A stretch of 64,000 nucleotides of DNA from the human T2T-CHM13v2.0 reference genome, Homo sapiens, in assembly GCF_009914755.1 (NCBI RefSeq), contig NC_060932.1; one strand, 5' to 3'. Under the pieces are notes generated by a model that was not told the DNA's origin, did no database searches, and was given only the letters and a program-made list of their open reading frames with translations. Position 1 is the first letter of the stretch; the number at the start of each line of letters is the position of its first letter. Made by a program: the position numbers and the translations under genes. Shown here piece by piece: positions 1 to 12,100 of the stretch.

Positions 1-231
1 CAGCTTACTGCAACTTCCGCCTCCCGGGTTAAGTGATTCTCTTGCCTCAGCCTCCTGAGTAGCTGGGATTACCGGCACCTGCCACCATGCCCAGGTAATT
101 TTTGTATTTTTAGTAGACATAGGGTTTCATCATGTTGCCCAGGTTGGTCTCGACCTCTTGACCTCAAATGATTTGCCTACCTTGGTCTCCCAAAGTTCTG
201 GGATTACAGGCGTGAGCCACTGCACCTGGCC
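1..231 (-). mobile_element. Alu (AluS-like), cut by the window edge
   Basis: Reverse-complement Alu consensus (CCTCAGCCTCCTGAGTAGCTGGGATTAC...TTTTTAGTAGAC...GGATTACAGGCGTGAGCCACTGCACCTGGCC). Confidence 0.95.
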
Positions 232-3200
232 TTGCAAGGCATCTTTAACACATTTTCTTTATATTTATTAGTACTTTTTTTTTCCTTCAAGAAGCCAAAA
301 AGAGGAACGGTGCATTGCCTAAAATTGGGTTTCCTGGGAAACAGACTCTGGACTGGAGCAAAGGAGTATGGCTGAGGAGTGTTCCTGGGATCAACACCTG
401 TGGAACAAGAGGGAAGGAGGACCAGACAGAGAACCACAATGTAATCACCAAGAAGGCTGCATCTTGTCCTGATCCCACAGAGAGCTCTGGGCTGGAACAG
501 CCCTGCAGAGTTGTCCTGGCTTGAGGCAAGGAGACAGGGCCTTCATCCAACCATGTGTGCCAAACCACCGGCTGTGTACTGCCCCTGGGGTGTGGGCATG
601 GACCTGGCAGGGCAGCTTCCCTGGGTTAAGAGTAGCCCCCAGAGAGGGTCTTAGCTGAGAGCCTTGACCTAATGCTCCCAACAGCTGGGGCAATGAGTCG
701 CTTAGTCCTGAAGGGAGACATCTGGGTGTCACACCACGGCAGCCACGCCACTCTCCTTATGTGGCTTAGCTCTTAAGGTATGCAAAAACGTGATGAAGCT
801 CTTTCCCGTGGTACTCTCTGTTTCCTACCAACATATTTGTTTGGTTGATTTTGGGGATAAAGTTCCTCTATGTAGTGTGTCTGTGTGTGTGTGTTTGTGT
901 GTAAGCCATATATCATATAGCTATCACATGATAACATATATACATTATATCATATATCATAATACAATATATACATGATCTATTTTTATATCTACCCTAG
1001 TGGGCTATGCTGGTGTGCTTAGGATTTTATAGGTCTTTATGGATATCTAGAGGCAGACAAAATACTGGAGAGAAGTACTTTTGAAATAAGTTTTTAAAAA
1101 ACATGTCTGCTTTGAAAATCATCTGCCAGGTCTAGGTGTGGCCTGAAGGACCACAGAGTCCTCAGCTCTGGTTGTCCAAGTGTTCGTAGTCATATGATGA
1201 CAAAGAAAGCATTTTCCCTCTGAGAGTGGTTTGTAACCACTTTGTGGAACTTGGACAGTAAAATGTGTTCTTAGACCAGAGAAGCACACACCTTGCTGAG
1301 GAGTGTTGGCTCAGAAACCTTGGTCAAGAGAATGGCCAAGTTCTAGAGGGCTGTGGGGGAAAAACTGGAGACCTGCAGGCTGTTCCAGGGTTGACTAGAT
1401 CCTGCTGTTGAGTGACACATTTCCAAATTAATCAATCTGTGCAGTGCCTTAAATTTGTATAGTTTCCGACCTGACATTTTCATTATCCTGTTTGGGGTTG
1501 CTATTGCAACTTCTTCCAATATGATTTTATGGATGAGGATATAGAGGACTCATGAGATTAAGCCAGTTGCCCACGTTCTGTGTGGCTTAGAAGTAAGGCA
1601 ATCATACATTCCGGTTTGTTCGAAATGGTCCTCTGTTGTTTCAGTGTAATTGTTGGTTGTACCTCCTTTTTATTCACACGAGTTTCTTGGTTCAGATGAT
1701 ACATGATCTGGCTTTTGGGCTCAGGCTTCTTGACACTGAATCTGCCTCTCAGGCTTTCTCTAACACCTTGCAGTGGTCTTAGAAAGTTATAGTTTCTCAA
1801 CTTCATGTGGCTTCTGGGACCTGGAACAGTCTCTTCTCCACCAAGCAGGTGTTGGCTCTGCCAGGGTTCTGCCCACTGTCTTCCACAACACCAGTTAGGA
1901 GAAACCAGAATCTATTGTATTTTCCACTAAGGGATTTTTTTTCTCAAACATATATGATCACAAAAATCTGGCCCAAAAGAAACACAGATGTAAGGCAGAG
2001 TTTTTATTAGGTTAAGATTCTTTTTTTTTTTTTTTTTGCATTCCTTTTTAGACTAGGGGAACTTGGACCTGTGCTGATTCTTATTACTGAGTTATGCTTT
2101 CTGGTAAGTGAATTAGCAGGTTAGATTCTGCCAGTCATCTTCAACCCTCTTCCCAGTGAGATACTTGGTCTTTACCCAGGAAATAGCAGTGTGAATACAG
2201 CCCCAGTGAGAAGAACCTATATTGCTCTTCCGGTATGGGGCTGTTGGCACCTTTTGATAGCAGCATTAGGTGTGAGGTTGGCAGGATTATGTGTGAGGTT
2301 GGAGCCATATCTGAATAGTCAGAAATGCATTAACATCCAATGCATTCTGCGTGAGGCTGCTCATGCATGATATATCATAACACTCAAAGCCATCAACAGC
2401 TCAAAAATTCCCCCAACCCCAAATAACCCGAAGTATTATCAAACCACCTTGGTTTGATACTTGTAAAAGCAATGATTGAGCATGTCTTTAGAAAAAATAT
2501 TTTATAATAGTTTAATATGACTCACACTTCAAAGCAACTATTTGATTGGCTCAACATTCAAAGTCTATTCATTGCAGGAATTATGACTCCTCTTGGACAT
2601 CACCCTACAGACATCAGGCTCATCTTAGCAGTAAGCATCAATTGCTATTTTTGTTAATAATGATATTCTCCCCTTCCCTTGTTAATGGAATAAACAAAGA
2701 AGCCTTTTGGTTCGAATTTGGTTTGGAATAATTTGAGTGGTCTTTAAGAGCCACTAATTTTCAAAAACAACCTTAAAATTATGCCATTTAACAGTTTCTC
2801 CATCACATGATTGAAAGAGGAGAGAGAGATTTATTTTTCTAAGTGACATTTTAACCTACTGGGATATGAAGGGGAGAGAGAGAGAGAGAAACTGGGGTCT
2901 CTTAAATGTGTGAAAACAACAAAGTCTCTTTGAGCTTTCACTTTTCATTAAAATACAGAATTAGAAAGCTCCCAATTTAAAAACTAACAAATGTGCCAAA
3001 AGCAAAATCCAAGGGCCATAGAGGTCCTCCCATCATACCAGCCAGTGACCCTCCTGGCTGAGGTTCAGAAATGAACAGAAAACGCCACTCTTCTCTAAAA
3101 ACAATTGGTATCATTTTGGTTTCCAAGTAACATTTTCCTGTACAGCTGCATCAGATAGAATTCTCAGTTAAATAAATGACTCACTTAAGAATTAAAAGCA

Positions 3201-4566
3201 CTGGAAAAGGCCAAAAAAAAAAAGAAAGAAAATAAATCTGTTAACTGTTGCTGTTCTCCCCTTGAATTCCTTGCCTGGCAGCTTTAGAAGAAGAGAGTAG
3301 AGAAGTCTCAGGTTGAGCTTGACATAGGTACGGAAAAGTCTCACTGGGAGATTTCTTATCTGAATTACTCAGGGCTGTGAGGATATAAAATATTTCAGTC
3401 ACCACCATTTCTCCCATTCCAATTTAAGAATTTTCTGTCTTCGGTGGCATATTCAAGACATTTTCTTTCTTTCTTTTCTCACTATCCTCCCAGACACCTA
3501 GAATGTGTGGGTTCCTGCCCTTCCAATGTGGCCTTTTGGATCAATTCTGTGTGATGAGGCCATTTTCAAGAGAGACTTTTTGATAGGGCTTAAAAACTGT
3601 AAAACTGCAAGTTCTTAACATTACTATACAACATGTGAAACAGATATTCTCACCTTATTCTGAACCTGTCCCATTCTCTGGTATTTCACTTCATTCTGAA
3701 CCTTTCCCATTCTCTAGTACCAACCTTGGATTCTGCGAAAGATTTGGAGATGGAGTGTATCTAGAGGGTACCTTAGTTGGTAACAAAGATTTACCTTTTC
3801 ATTTTCACCCACGTTTTGATATGACTGATTTAAATTATTTTTCCCCAAATGCCTGGCTTCAGAATAAGTCAGTTTACAGAAAAAAGAATTATATGCCCAA
3901 GAAATCATGGTGTAAAAAGTTCCAAGCTGGTTGTCAGGGGTCACCCCACCTTTTGATATACATTTCTTTTTGGCACCCTTCTCTTTCTGTGAAGATAAGC
4001 CTTTATCCCATGTGGGATGCTGTGAAGCACATAGCAAGGACTACTGGAGTCACCCTAAAACTTTTCTTGGGACAGAAAATAACTAGGAAAATTTCCTGTC
4101 ATTTTCTTCTTCAGCCCAGCCACAATATATAAAAAGGAAAAATTGTAATGTTATTGGAAGAAACAGAAAAAGAAGGGAGCTCTGATGATCAAAACTATAT
4201 TTGGATGTTTGCCCAAAGATTATGTAGAGGTCTTTATTAGTAAATACAATAATGTTGATAGCATATGTGTGTGTCATCTGAAATCTTACTTGTTCCTAAA
4301 GTGCTGATAAGATCTGCACAAAGCCCCCTTCCCATGTCCTGTGGAAATCCAAAGTGCTTTCCATGTTTCCTGTGGGTTCTTGGAAAGTGGGTGAGGGAAT
4401 GGTGCTTATACCTCATGGGCTTTTCATTTCAGTCTCATACATCTGCTGAACTTCGGTAGGTTTTTAATTAACTTTTCACTTAATGCAAGTTGTCACTGTT
4501 TCCCATAATGCTGACCCAGATGTGGAACTTAGCTTTTTCCTATTATATCCACAAAAATTACATGCA

Positions 4567-6227
4567 TATAGATGACACAAACAAGTGGAAACACATTCCA
4601 TGCTCATGGACGGGAAGAATCAACATCATGAAAATGACCATACTGCCCAAAGCAATCTACCAATTCAATATAATTCCTATCAAAATATCAACATCATTTT
4701 TCACAGAATTAGAAAAAAAAATCCCAAAATTCATATGGAACCAAAAAAGAGCCCAAATAGCCAAAGAAATCCTATGCAAAAAAAACAAACCTGAAGGTAT
4801 CACATTACCAACTTCAAATTATACTACAAGGCTATAGTAACCAAAACAGCATGATACTGGTATAAAAGTGGATACATAGACCAATGGAACAGAATAGAGA
4901 ACCCGGAAATAAAGCCAAATACTTACAACCAACTGATCTTCAACAAAGCCTACAAAAACATAAATTGGGGAAAGACATCCTATTCAACCAATGGTGCTGG
5001 AAAAACTAGATAACTACATTTAGAGAATAAAACTGATTCCTGTCTCTCACCATACACAAAATTCAACTCAAGGTGAATTAAAACTGAAACTATAAAAATT
5101 CTAGAAGAAAATCTAGGAAAACTCTTCTGGACATTGCCTAGGCAAAGGATTTATGATTAAGACCCCAAAAGCAAATGCAACAAAAACAAAAATAAATAAA
5201 TGGGACCTCATTGAACTAAAAAGCTTCTGCACAGCAAAAGAAATAATCCTCAGAGTAAAAAGACAACCCACAGAGTGGAGAAAATATTTGCAAACTATGC
5301 ATCTGACAAAAGACTAATATCCAGAATCTACAAGGAGCTCAAACAAATCAGCAAGAAATAAAAACAAATAATCCCACTAAAAAGTGGGCAAATGACATGA
5401 GTAGACATTTCTCAAAAGAAGATATACAAATGACCAAAAAAAAAAAGAAAAAAAAAAGCTCAACATCACTAATCATCAGGGAAATGCAAATTAAAATCAC
5501 AATGAGATACCACCTTACCCCAGCCAGAATGGCCATTACTAAAAAGTCAAAAAACAATAGATGTTAGCATGGTTGTGGTAAAAAAAAAAAGTAAACACTC
5601 ATATGCTGCAGGTGGGAATGTAAATTAGTACAACCTCTATGGAAAATAGTATGGAGATTTCTCAAAGAACTAAAAGCAAATCTACAATTCTATCCACTAC
5701 TGTGAATCTATCCAAAGGAAAAGAAGTCATTATATTAAAAAGGCACCTGCATGTGTATGTTTATTGCAGCACAATTTACAATACCAAAGATGTGGAACCA
5801 ACCTAAGTGCCCATCAACCGATGACTGAACAAAGAAAACAGGGAATATGTACACCATGGAATACTACTCCGCCCTGAAAAAAATAAAGTAATATCTTTTG
5901 CAGCAGTTTGGATGGAACTGGGGGCCTTTATTCCAAGTGAAGTAACTCAGGAATGAAAACCCAAATACTGTGTGTTCTCACTTATAAATGGGAGCTAAGC
6001 TATGGGTACACAAAGGCATATGGAGTGGTATAATGAACACTGGAGAAAGAGAAGCAGGAAGGCTGGAAAGGGAGTGAGGGATTTAAAAAAAGTACATATT
6101 GGGCACAATGTACCCTACTCTGGTGACAGGTGCACTAAAATTTCAAAATTCACCACTGTACAATTCATCCATGTAACCAAAAATCACTCGTGCCCCTAAA
6201 CTATTGAAATAACTTTAAGAAAGAAAG
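4567..6227 (+). mobile_element. 5'-truncated LINE-1 (L1PB-like): end of ORF2 plus 3'UTR
   Basis: ORF 4490-4837 contains L1 ORF2 peptide ([27 protein letters not shown]...[12 protein letters not shown]). Frameshifts and stops follow, then an L1PB-type 3'UTR (GGGAGCTAAGCTATGGGTACACAAAGGCATA). Confidence 0.92.
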
Positions 6228-6495
6228 AAACCCAGATACTGCATGTTCTCACTTATAAGTGGGAACTAAACATTGAGTACACATGGCCACAAAGATGGGA
6301 ACAATAGACACTGAGGCCTACTTGAGTGGGGAGGGTGGGAGAAGGAGGTTGAGGGTCAAAAAACTACCTATTGGGTACTATGCTCACTACCTAGGTGATA
6401 AAATCACCAAACTCTGGTAACACGCAGTTTACTCATGTAACAAACATGCACATGTACCCCGTGAACCTAAAGCAAAAACTGAGAAAAGAAAAAAA
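6228..6495 (+). mobile_element. Second LINE-1 3' end (old L1PA-like, about L1PA13-16)
   Basis: GCATGTTCTCACTTATAAGTGGGAACTAAACATTGAGTACACATGG...GGGAGGGTGGGAG...CATGTAACAAACATGCACATGTACCCC followed by an A-rich tail. Confidence 0.85.
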
Positions 6496-6972
6496 GTTAC
6501 ATTTATAAATTCTTGTGTGTAGAGAATTTCATGAAATTATGGGGGAACAGAAGTGTAGGTAGGGATTGAAGGACAACAATGTGCTTCATCTCAGAATTCA
6601 AACTATTTCACACATAATATTCCTGAACTTAAATGTCTTTAAGCATCAGGTATTTGAGATTAAAATTGAGAAAAATTCAAATTTTGAAATATTTAAATTA
6701 TACAGACAAAAATGCCTAGTAAAATGAAGACCAATGTACCTGCGCTTAATGCTGCAATGAACTCCTTTTTGTTTTTCCTTGACACCTGTGTGATCTCATC
6801 CTGAGGGGATATACCTAAAAGCCACCTAAAAGCCAAGCAGTTGATGGCTGCTTCATCACTCCCAGAGCCCCTGGACTCATGGTACTTGCTGTTTTCAAAT
6901 CTCTTCCTTTTTCATTTCTCTTCCTCCCTCCTTTTTATGTAAAATATCTCCTGAAACTCAAAATTATCCGTC

Positions 6973-7045
6973 TCCTCTCCCTCCCTTCCTTCCTCCCTCC
7001 CTTCCTTCCTTCCTTCCTTCCTTCCTTCCTTCCTTCCTTCCTTCC
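6973..7045. repeat. (CCTT)n / CT-rich microsatellite
   Basis: Direct reading: CCTCCCTTCCTTCCTCCCTCCCTTCCTTCCTTCCTT... Confidence 0.95.
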
Positions 7046-7135
7046 GAGGAATTCAGCTCTTTCTAGCTTTCACCCTAAGCTCAGTTCCTGGTTCATCTTT
7101 GCATATGTGATTCCATTAGGACATTCTGCAGGACA

Positions 7136-7172
7136 AAACCAAACCAAACCAAACCAAACCAAACAAAACAAA
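7136..7172. repeat. (AAACC)n(AAAAC)n pentamer repeat
   Basis: Direct reading. Confidence 0.9.
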
Positions 7173-7344
7173 ACTTTCTTTTAATAAGGCCATTCCCTTT
7201 AGAAAGCAGTTGTGATTGTAAAAGAAACTTGGTCTCTTCATTACTTTTGGGAAAGTAATCCATAGGATGATGATTTTCTATATCTCTTGGTCTAGGGGAC
7301 AATCTTCTGCTTGTGAGATTTTGTCTGGAAAAATAAAATGCACT

Positions 7345-8400
7345 ATTTATTCATTCAACATTTATTATACACATGTTTACCTGGCACTGTTCTTACAAGT
7401 GTGGCAGGATCACAAAGTTGAATAGGATCTAAATACCTCTTAATCTAGTCATGGAAATAAACATACAAGTAAATACTTATAATACTTAAAAAATTTTTCC
7501 TCCAAGTGTGAAACGGAGTACTGTGGAAATATTGAAAAAGGAATGTTAAATTTAGTGAGAACATGAGAAGTCTTCAAAAGAAGCAGCGGAAATAATAATC
7601 ACAAGGTGTGGAGCCTAATAGTCTAATATGTTTGGAATTGACAAGGAACTGGGTTGCCAAATTTCAGAATCTTGGAAGGAAAATTGAGAAGCAGTAGCAA
7701 GTAAGGTAAACTGGTGCCAGATTTTGCGTGGTTGTATACACCAGGTTCAGCTGTTTGAATTTTAATCCATAAGCAATGGAGGAGCCACAAGAGTTTTAAA
7801 AATGAAGGCATTATTATATTTCATCTGGGTTTTTAAGAAAAGACTAACATCTGTCTGTAAACTCTGACAACTTAGGTCACTGTTGTGGTGTTCCAGGGGA
7901 GAATGTAGAGAAATGGAACTAATTTTGTTTGGGAGAAATGGATGAAAAGTAATCCAGAAAAATTTGATGACTAATGAGGATTTAGCATCATTAAACACAA
8001 TGGTCCTATCTGTGTGTGGGATGAAAGGAGGGAAGGGTGGAGGATACAAAGAATCCTAACTTGGAAGGCTAAGTAGGTCAGCATGCCATTCTCCAAGAAA
8101 GGGAGTTTGGGAAGAGGAACAAGTCTTTACTGGAAGGTTATAAATTTGGTTTAGGCAACTCTTTTAATGTCAATTATTTATTAGGCACAGAATAAGAGTT
8201 GTCTGTCTGTGGTCAGTGGAACTATGGTTTAGTATTTAGAAGAGCTAAGACTTCAGAGAGAGGTTTTGGGGAGAGTTTCAGTATGGTCAAAAGTAGCAGA
8301 GAAATCTAGGAAGATAATACAGAATACAACTCATATGAAATTGGCAATTAGGGATCGTTGCAGATAATTTTCAAGAGCAAAGCCAGTGGTGGTATGGCAG
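7345..8400 (-). mobile_element. Degenerate LINE-2 fragment(s), boundaries approximate
   Basis: Starts with the L2 3'-end signature ATTCATTCAACATTTATT...CCTGGCACTGTTC, followed by purine-rich L2-like sequence. Confidence 0.55.
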
Positions 8401-8429
8401 AAAAGACCTTAGTTGAATGACTGGAAGTT

Positions 8430-8800
8430 GGTGTGGTAGACACTGCTAATATTGCAAATATCTACTCTCCCAGTCTTTGTCAATAGATCCTTGGTTTTAT
8501 TCAAAGGGCCATGAGCAGCTAGGGATGAACATATGAGATATTTTTGGTCAATGAGACATATGTAGAAGTCTGTTGGAGATTTCTGAGAAAGTTTGTGGAT
8601 CTTGACAGGCATTGCTTCTTTTCATTTTTCCTCTTTGCTCTTCCTGCTTCTTCTGTCCTAGAATACTATAAGAGACAACAAAGATGACAATGATTGTCTA
8701 CACATTTAGGGTGATGAGAAAGATAGCATTGTGGAGCCCTGAACTGATTCTGACCAATCTGCCTCTAGAGACCTTCTTTTGTAACTCAAACAAACTGTTG
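8430..8800. mobile_element. Old MaLR LTR fragment (MLT1-like), approximate
   Basis: GCAGCTAGGGATG...TTTTGGTCAATGAGACATATGTAGAAGTCTGTTGGAGATTTCTGAGAAAG resembles MLT1 LTR consensus as I recall it. Confidence 0.5.
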
Positions 8801-8959
8801 AATAGCTTTAATCAGATAACCTAGGGCTTTATTAGTTGGGTGTCTTTTCATGATCAGAAGCTAAGTCCTCAAGTTGGTATTAAACCTGGCCATTGACAAC
8901 AAAGAATCTCGGAGACTTAAAGTTGAAGGCAAGATCCACTTGCCATCCATTTATTAATT

Positions 8960-9105
8960 ATTCTATGGCCACTGACATCAAAATAGTTTGGGGTAGCTCT
9001 AAAAATGCAAATGCCAGGTCATACCTATAGACTAACTGCATCGGACTATCTGGGAATGGAGCCCGGAAATCTACTTTTAATGCACTGAAGTTTGAGAAAT
9101 ACAGC
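8960..9105. mobile_element. MER5-like hAT-Charlie fragment
   Basis: AAAAATGCAAATGCCAGGTC...ATCTGGGAATGGAGCCCGGAAATCT...GAAGTTTGAGAAATACAGC. Confidence 0.6.
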
Positions 9106-12100
9106 ATTGATTATGATTCTTCTGTGCCACTTTCAGATTCATGCATGTTCGCTACACTATACGCAGCCTGTGAAAGTGAGTTTGTGTCATTCCACTGGGG
9201 ATGGATGGTTATGCCTATATCTGGATAAGTTAAAGAAACAATTAAAGAGCTAATTGGAAATCTAGTCATTAGAAAAGTCAGGCTTGGATGCTGACATGCT
9301 CTAGGTTGATTCTATAATACGTAACATCAATACCTAGTGCCTTACAAGTCTGTGAAGGAATGGGAGATCTTGAGGGCTACTGAATAACTGAAGGGAAAAC
9401 AATTAGGATGTGAATCTTTTCCTCTCCCTCCTCATTGAGCCCACAGGCACAGGCACATGTGATATCTCTGGGGAAAGCAGTAAGAAATATTCCCATAGAG
9501 ATAAGGAAGGGTGGGGGGAAGATTGGAGTTCAAAGCAAAGTTGGATAGTTTCATCATCTGTGTTTTCCGCAATTAGTCAAGTTTTCACACCACACTATAG
9601 TTCTCGTTTGGGTCACTAGACTATTATTATATGCTTCCGCCTGCCATTTTAATTTTAAGTAACTTAGCAGATTTTTTTCTTCTTATGTTAACACAGGTAA
9701 CATCTAGCAAGCAGTTTACATTGACCCTGTACAACAACCAAAAGTGGATGAAGTTTTGACTTGTTTATTTGTAGTTTCTTTCTTTGAACGTGGAGTGTCT
9801 GAAGAGATTTTTTTTCCAGTATGGTATGTTGTCCAAATGGAAATATTCTGCAAAGTAATGACATAAGGATAAAACCAAGATAGAGAGCTGACATCATTAT
9901 GTTTGACAGAGCATATACAGGACTTATTCTGAAATTGAAGTGATCAAAGCTAACCTCACGAAAAAATGCAAACCCTCAAATGTTGTATGAAAATATACAT
10001 AAACCAAATTTGTAAAGCAATACTAATGACATTTTTTAAAAAGTAAACTCCATCTAAAAAGACTCATCAGCTCCACTGTAGTCCAAAAGCTTGTTGGGTG
10101 GCAGAAATGATGATGATTAAAACCTGAGACGTCAGCAAAACTCTTTCACATCTTCAAAAATGTGAAAACAAACCTTAAGGCAAAATGTTAAAAATAGGCT
10201 CATTTTGGTGAAATGAAGCTGTTTGAATAAATAAAATTAATAGTTTTTATCTAAACCATCTGTGGTGTGAAATGGGAAGTCATATAGAAAAGTCCTTAGA
10301 GACTTCTGATCGCTCTACATTAGAAAGGAGAAGGGGCGGAGAAAAAAATGGGACCTCTTTCTATCTCTATGGGAATTAACAAAGTGATCAGCAAAGGGAA
10401 GCTGCAGGCCAACTTGCTCTGGTTGCAGGCAATCTGGCTTTTCCAGCTGTCCAGAAGTCGAAGGTAAATGTTCTGAAAACATAAGACCAGAATCATTTCA
10501 GTAAACCAATAGGTAGTATAAAGTAACAGATTCTCCTGGAAGTAAGGAAAGAAAGGAGGAGAGACAGAAAGAGAGAGGGGGACCTAAACTCCCAGAGACT
10601 TAGTACTATAAAGGACTGTCACTTCTGTTTTGTTGGTCTCCTGAAACCACATCATGAAACCAGATGTTAAAAATGGCCCAACTCAACAGCTAGAATGGCT
10701 TTGTAGGTGTAAGTATTTTGTAATAGTACCTGGAAATTGCAGTTTCATTTAGACACATTGTTCTTTCTTTTGTTCATGTATGAAACTCTTGCTAAGACAA
10801 GATTTAGGTTTCTGTGGGTCTATCTCGATAAAAAACAAAAACAAAGTAAAATATGAAATACCCCAGAATTGGTTCCAAATTTGTAGAGAGATGAATTCTG
10901 AGGATTTTCCTCAGGCTAGAGAAACCAGATAGTCCTCGCAAAGGCAAATCTAGTAAGATAAAAGTACAGGCTGCTTTTATACAGGACAATTTCTACACGT
11001 CTGTGCATTATACCAAGACGTTAGGTTTCTGGAGGGACTTTACCCATGGACCACAAGCAATGGGGATAACTTCGTTGGTTTTTGGGTAATCATAGTGGGG
11101 TCCCAACAGTTTGTCGAGGACCCTTCACTTAATTCATTGGCTTTATCAGATTCAGTCTTGGAATTGGTATACCCCTTCATCTCCCACACTTAGTTAACTC
11201 GTCTGAATAATCAAATAATTACAGGCCAATGGGAAGCAACCAAACTTATAAAAGAGCTATGAAGAATAAGTGTGCCACATGCTATCCTACAAAGCATGAC
11301 AGGAATACATGTAAGGGATTTTTTTCCCTGCCCCTACCCTGGCCTTTCTTTGATTCTATTTAAAGCAGTATTGAGTATTTTTGGGATTAAAGGTTGAAGC
11401 TGTAGTCTTGTAATTTGATTAGCAACAATGTGCTTTAAATCCAGTGATAGAACTCTTGCTTTGCTGTAAGGTCTGAGGTACCTTTGGAGCAAGTAAGAGG
11501 GTGTATTTCTGTACAAACTGGCACTTGGCCTAATTTCTCAGTGTGAGCAGGCCTCTGCAGAGAGAGTTCTTGCCCTAGAAAATGACCACAGTGCCCTTAA
11601 GCCCAGAGCTATTTTAGAACTTAGAACACTCAATGACTTATGGTCACAGATTAATTTTTAAGTAAATTCTGTCCTCTTGATTTTTCTTTGCCCCAGACTG
11701 GTCTTCAGAGCCAGACTCAGTGGGGCTGAGGCAAACGCACACCTTTCTTGTGTTCTCAATGTCTATAGTCACTTTATTTCTCTGATTGTAAGTGCTGAAT
11801 TAGTGTTATTTCTCATCCCACTACCACCCCCCATTGTGATATGTGGAAAGGACCGGAGAGACAGCTTTAGGGTGTTCATGGTGGAAAGTGACATATTCAG
11901 GGATGAGCGGATGGCTCATTTGTCTGTACCTTGGAATCTGGCTGGATTTGATCCTGATTCAAATGTCAAGCATCAGAGTGCATCAACAGCAGAGACACCA
12001 AAATGAAGTTATTTAAAAGTTAAACGTTGGTAAACACCTGCTTGAAATGTCCTTGTAGACAGCTTAGCTTCTAAGCCACCTCCCTCCTTCCCCCAACCCC

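Noticed and set aside
4490-4837. 115-aa ORF with RT-associated similarity
   Set aside because: Fragment of decayed L1 ORF2, followed by frameshifts and stops.
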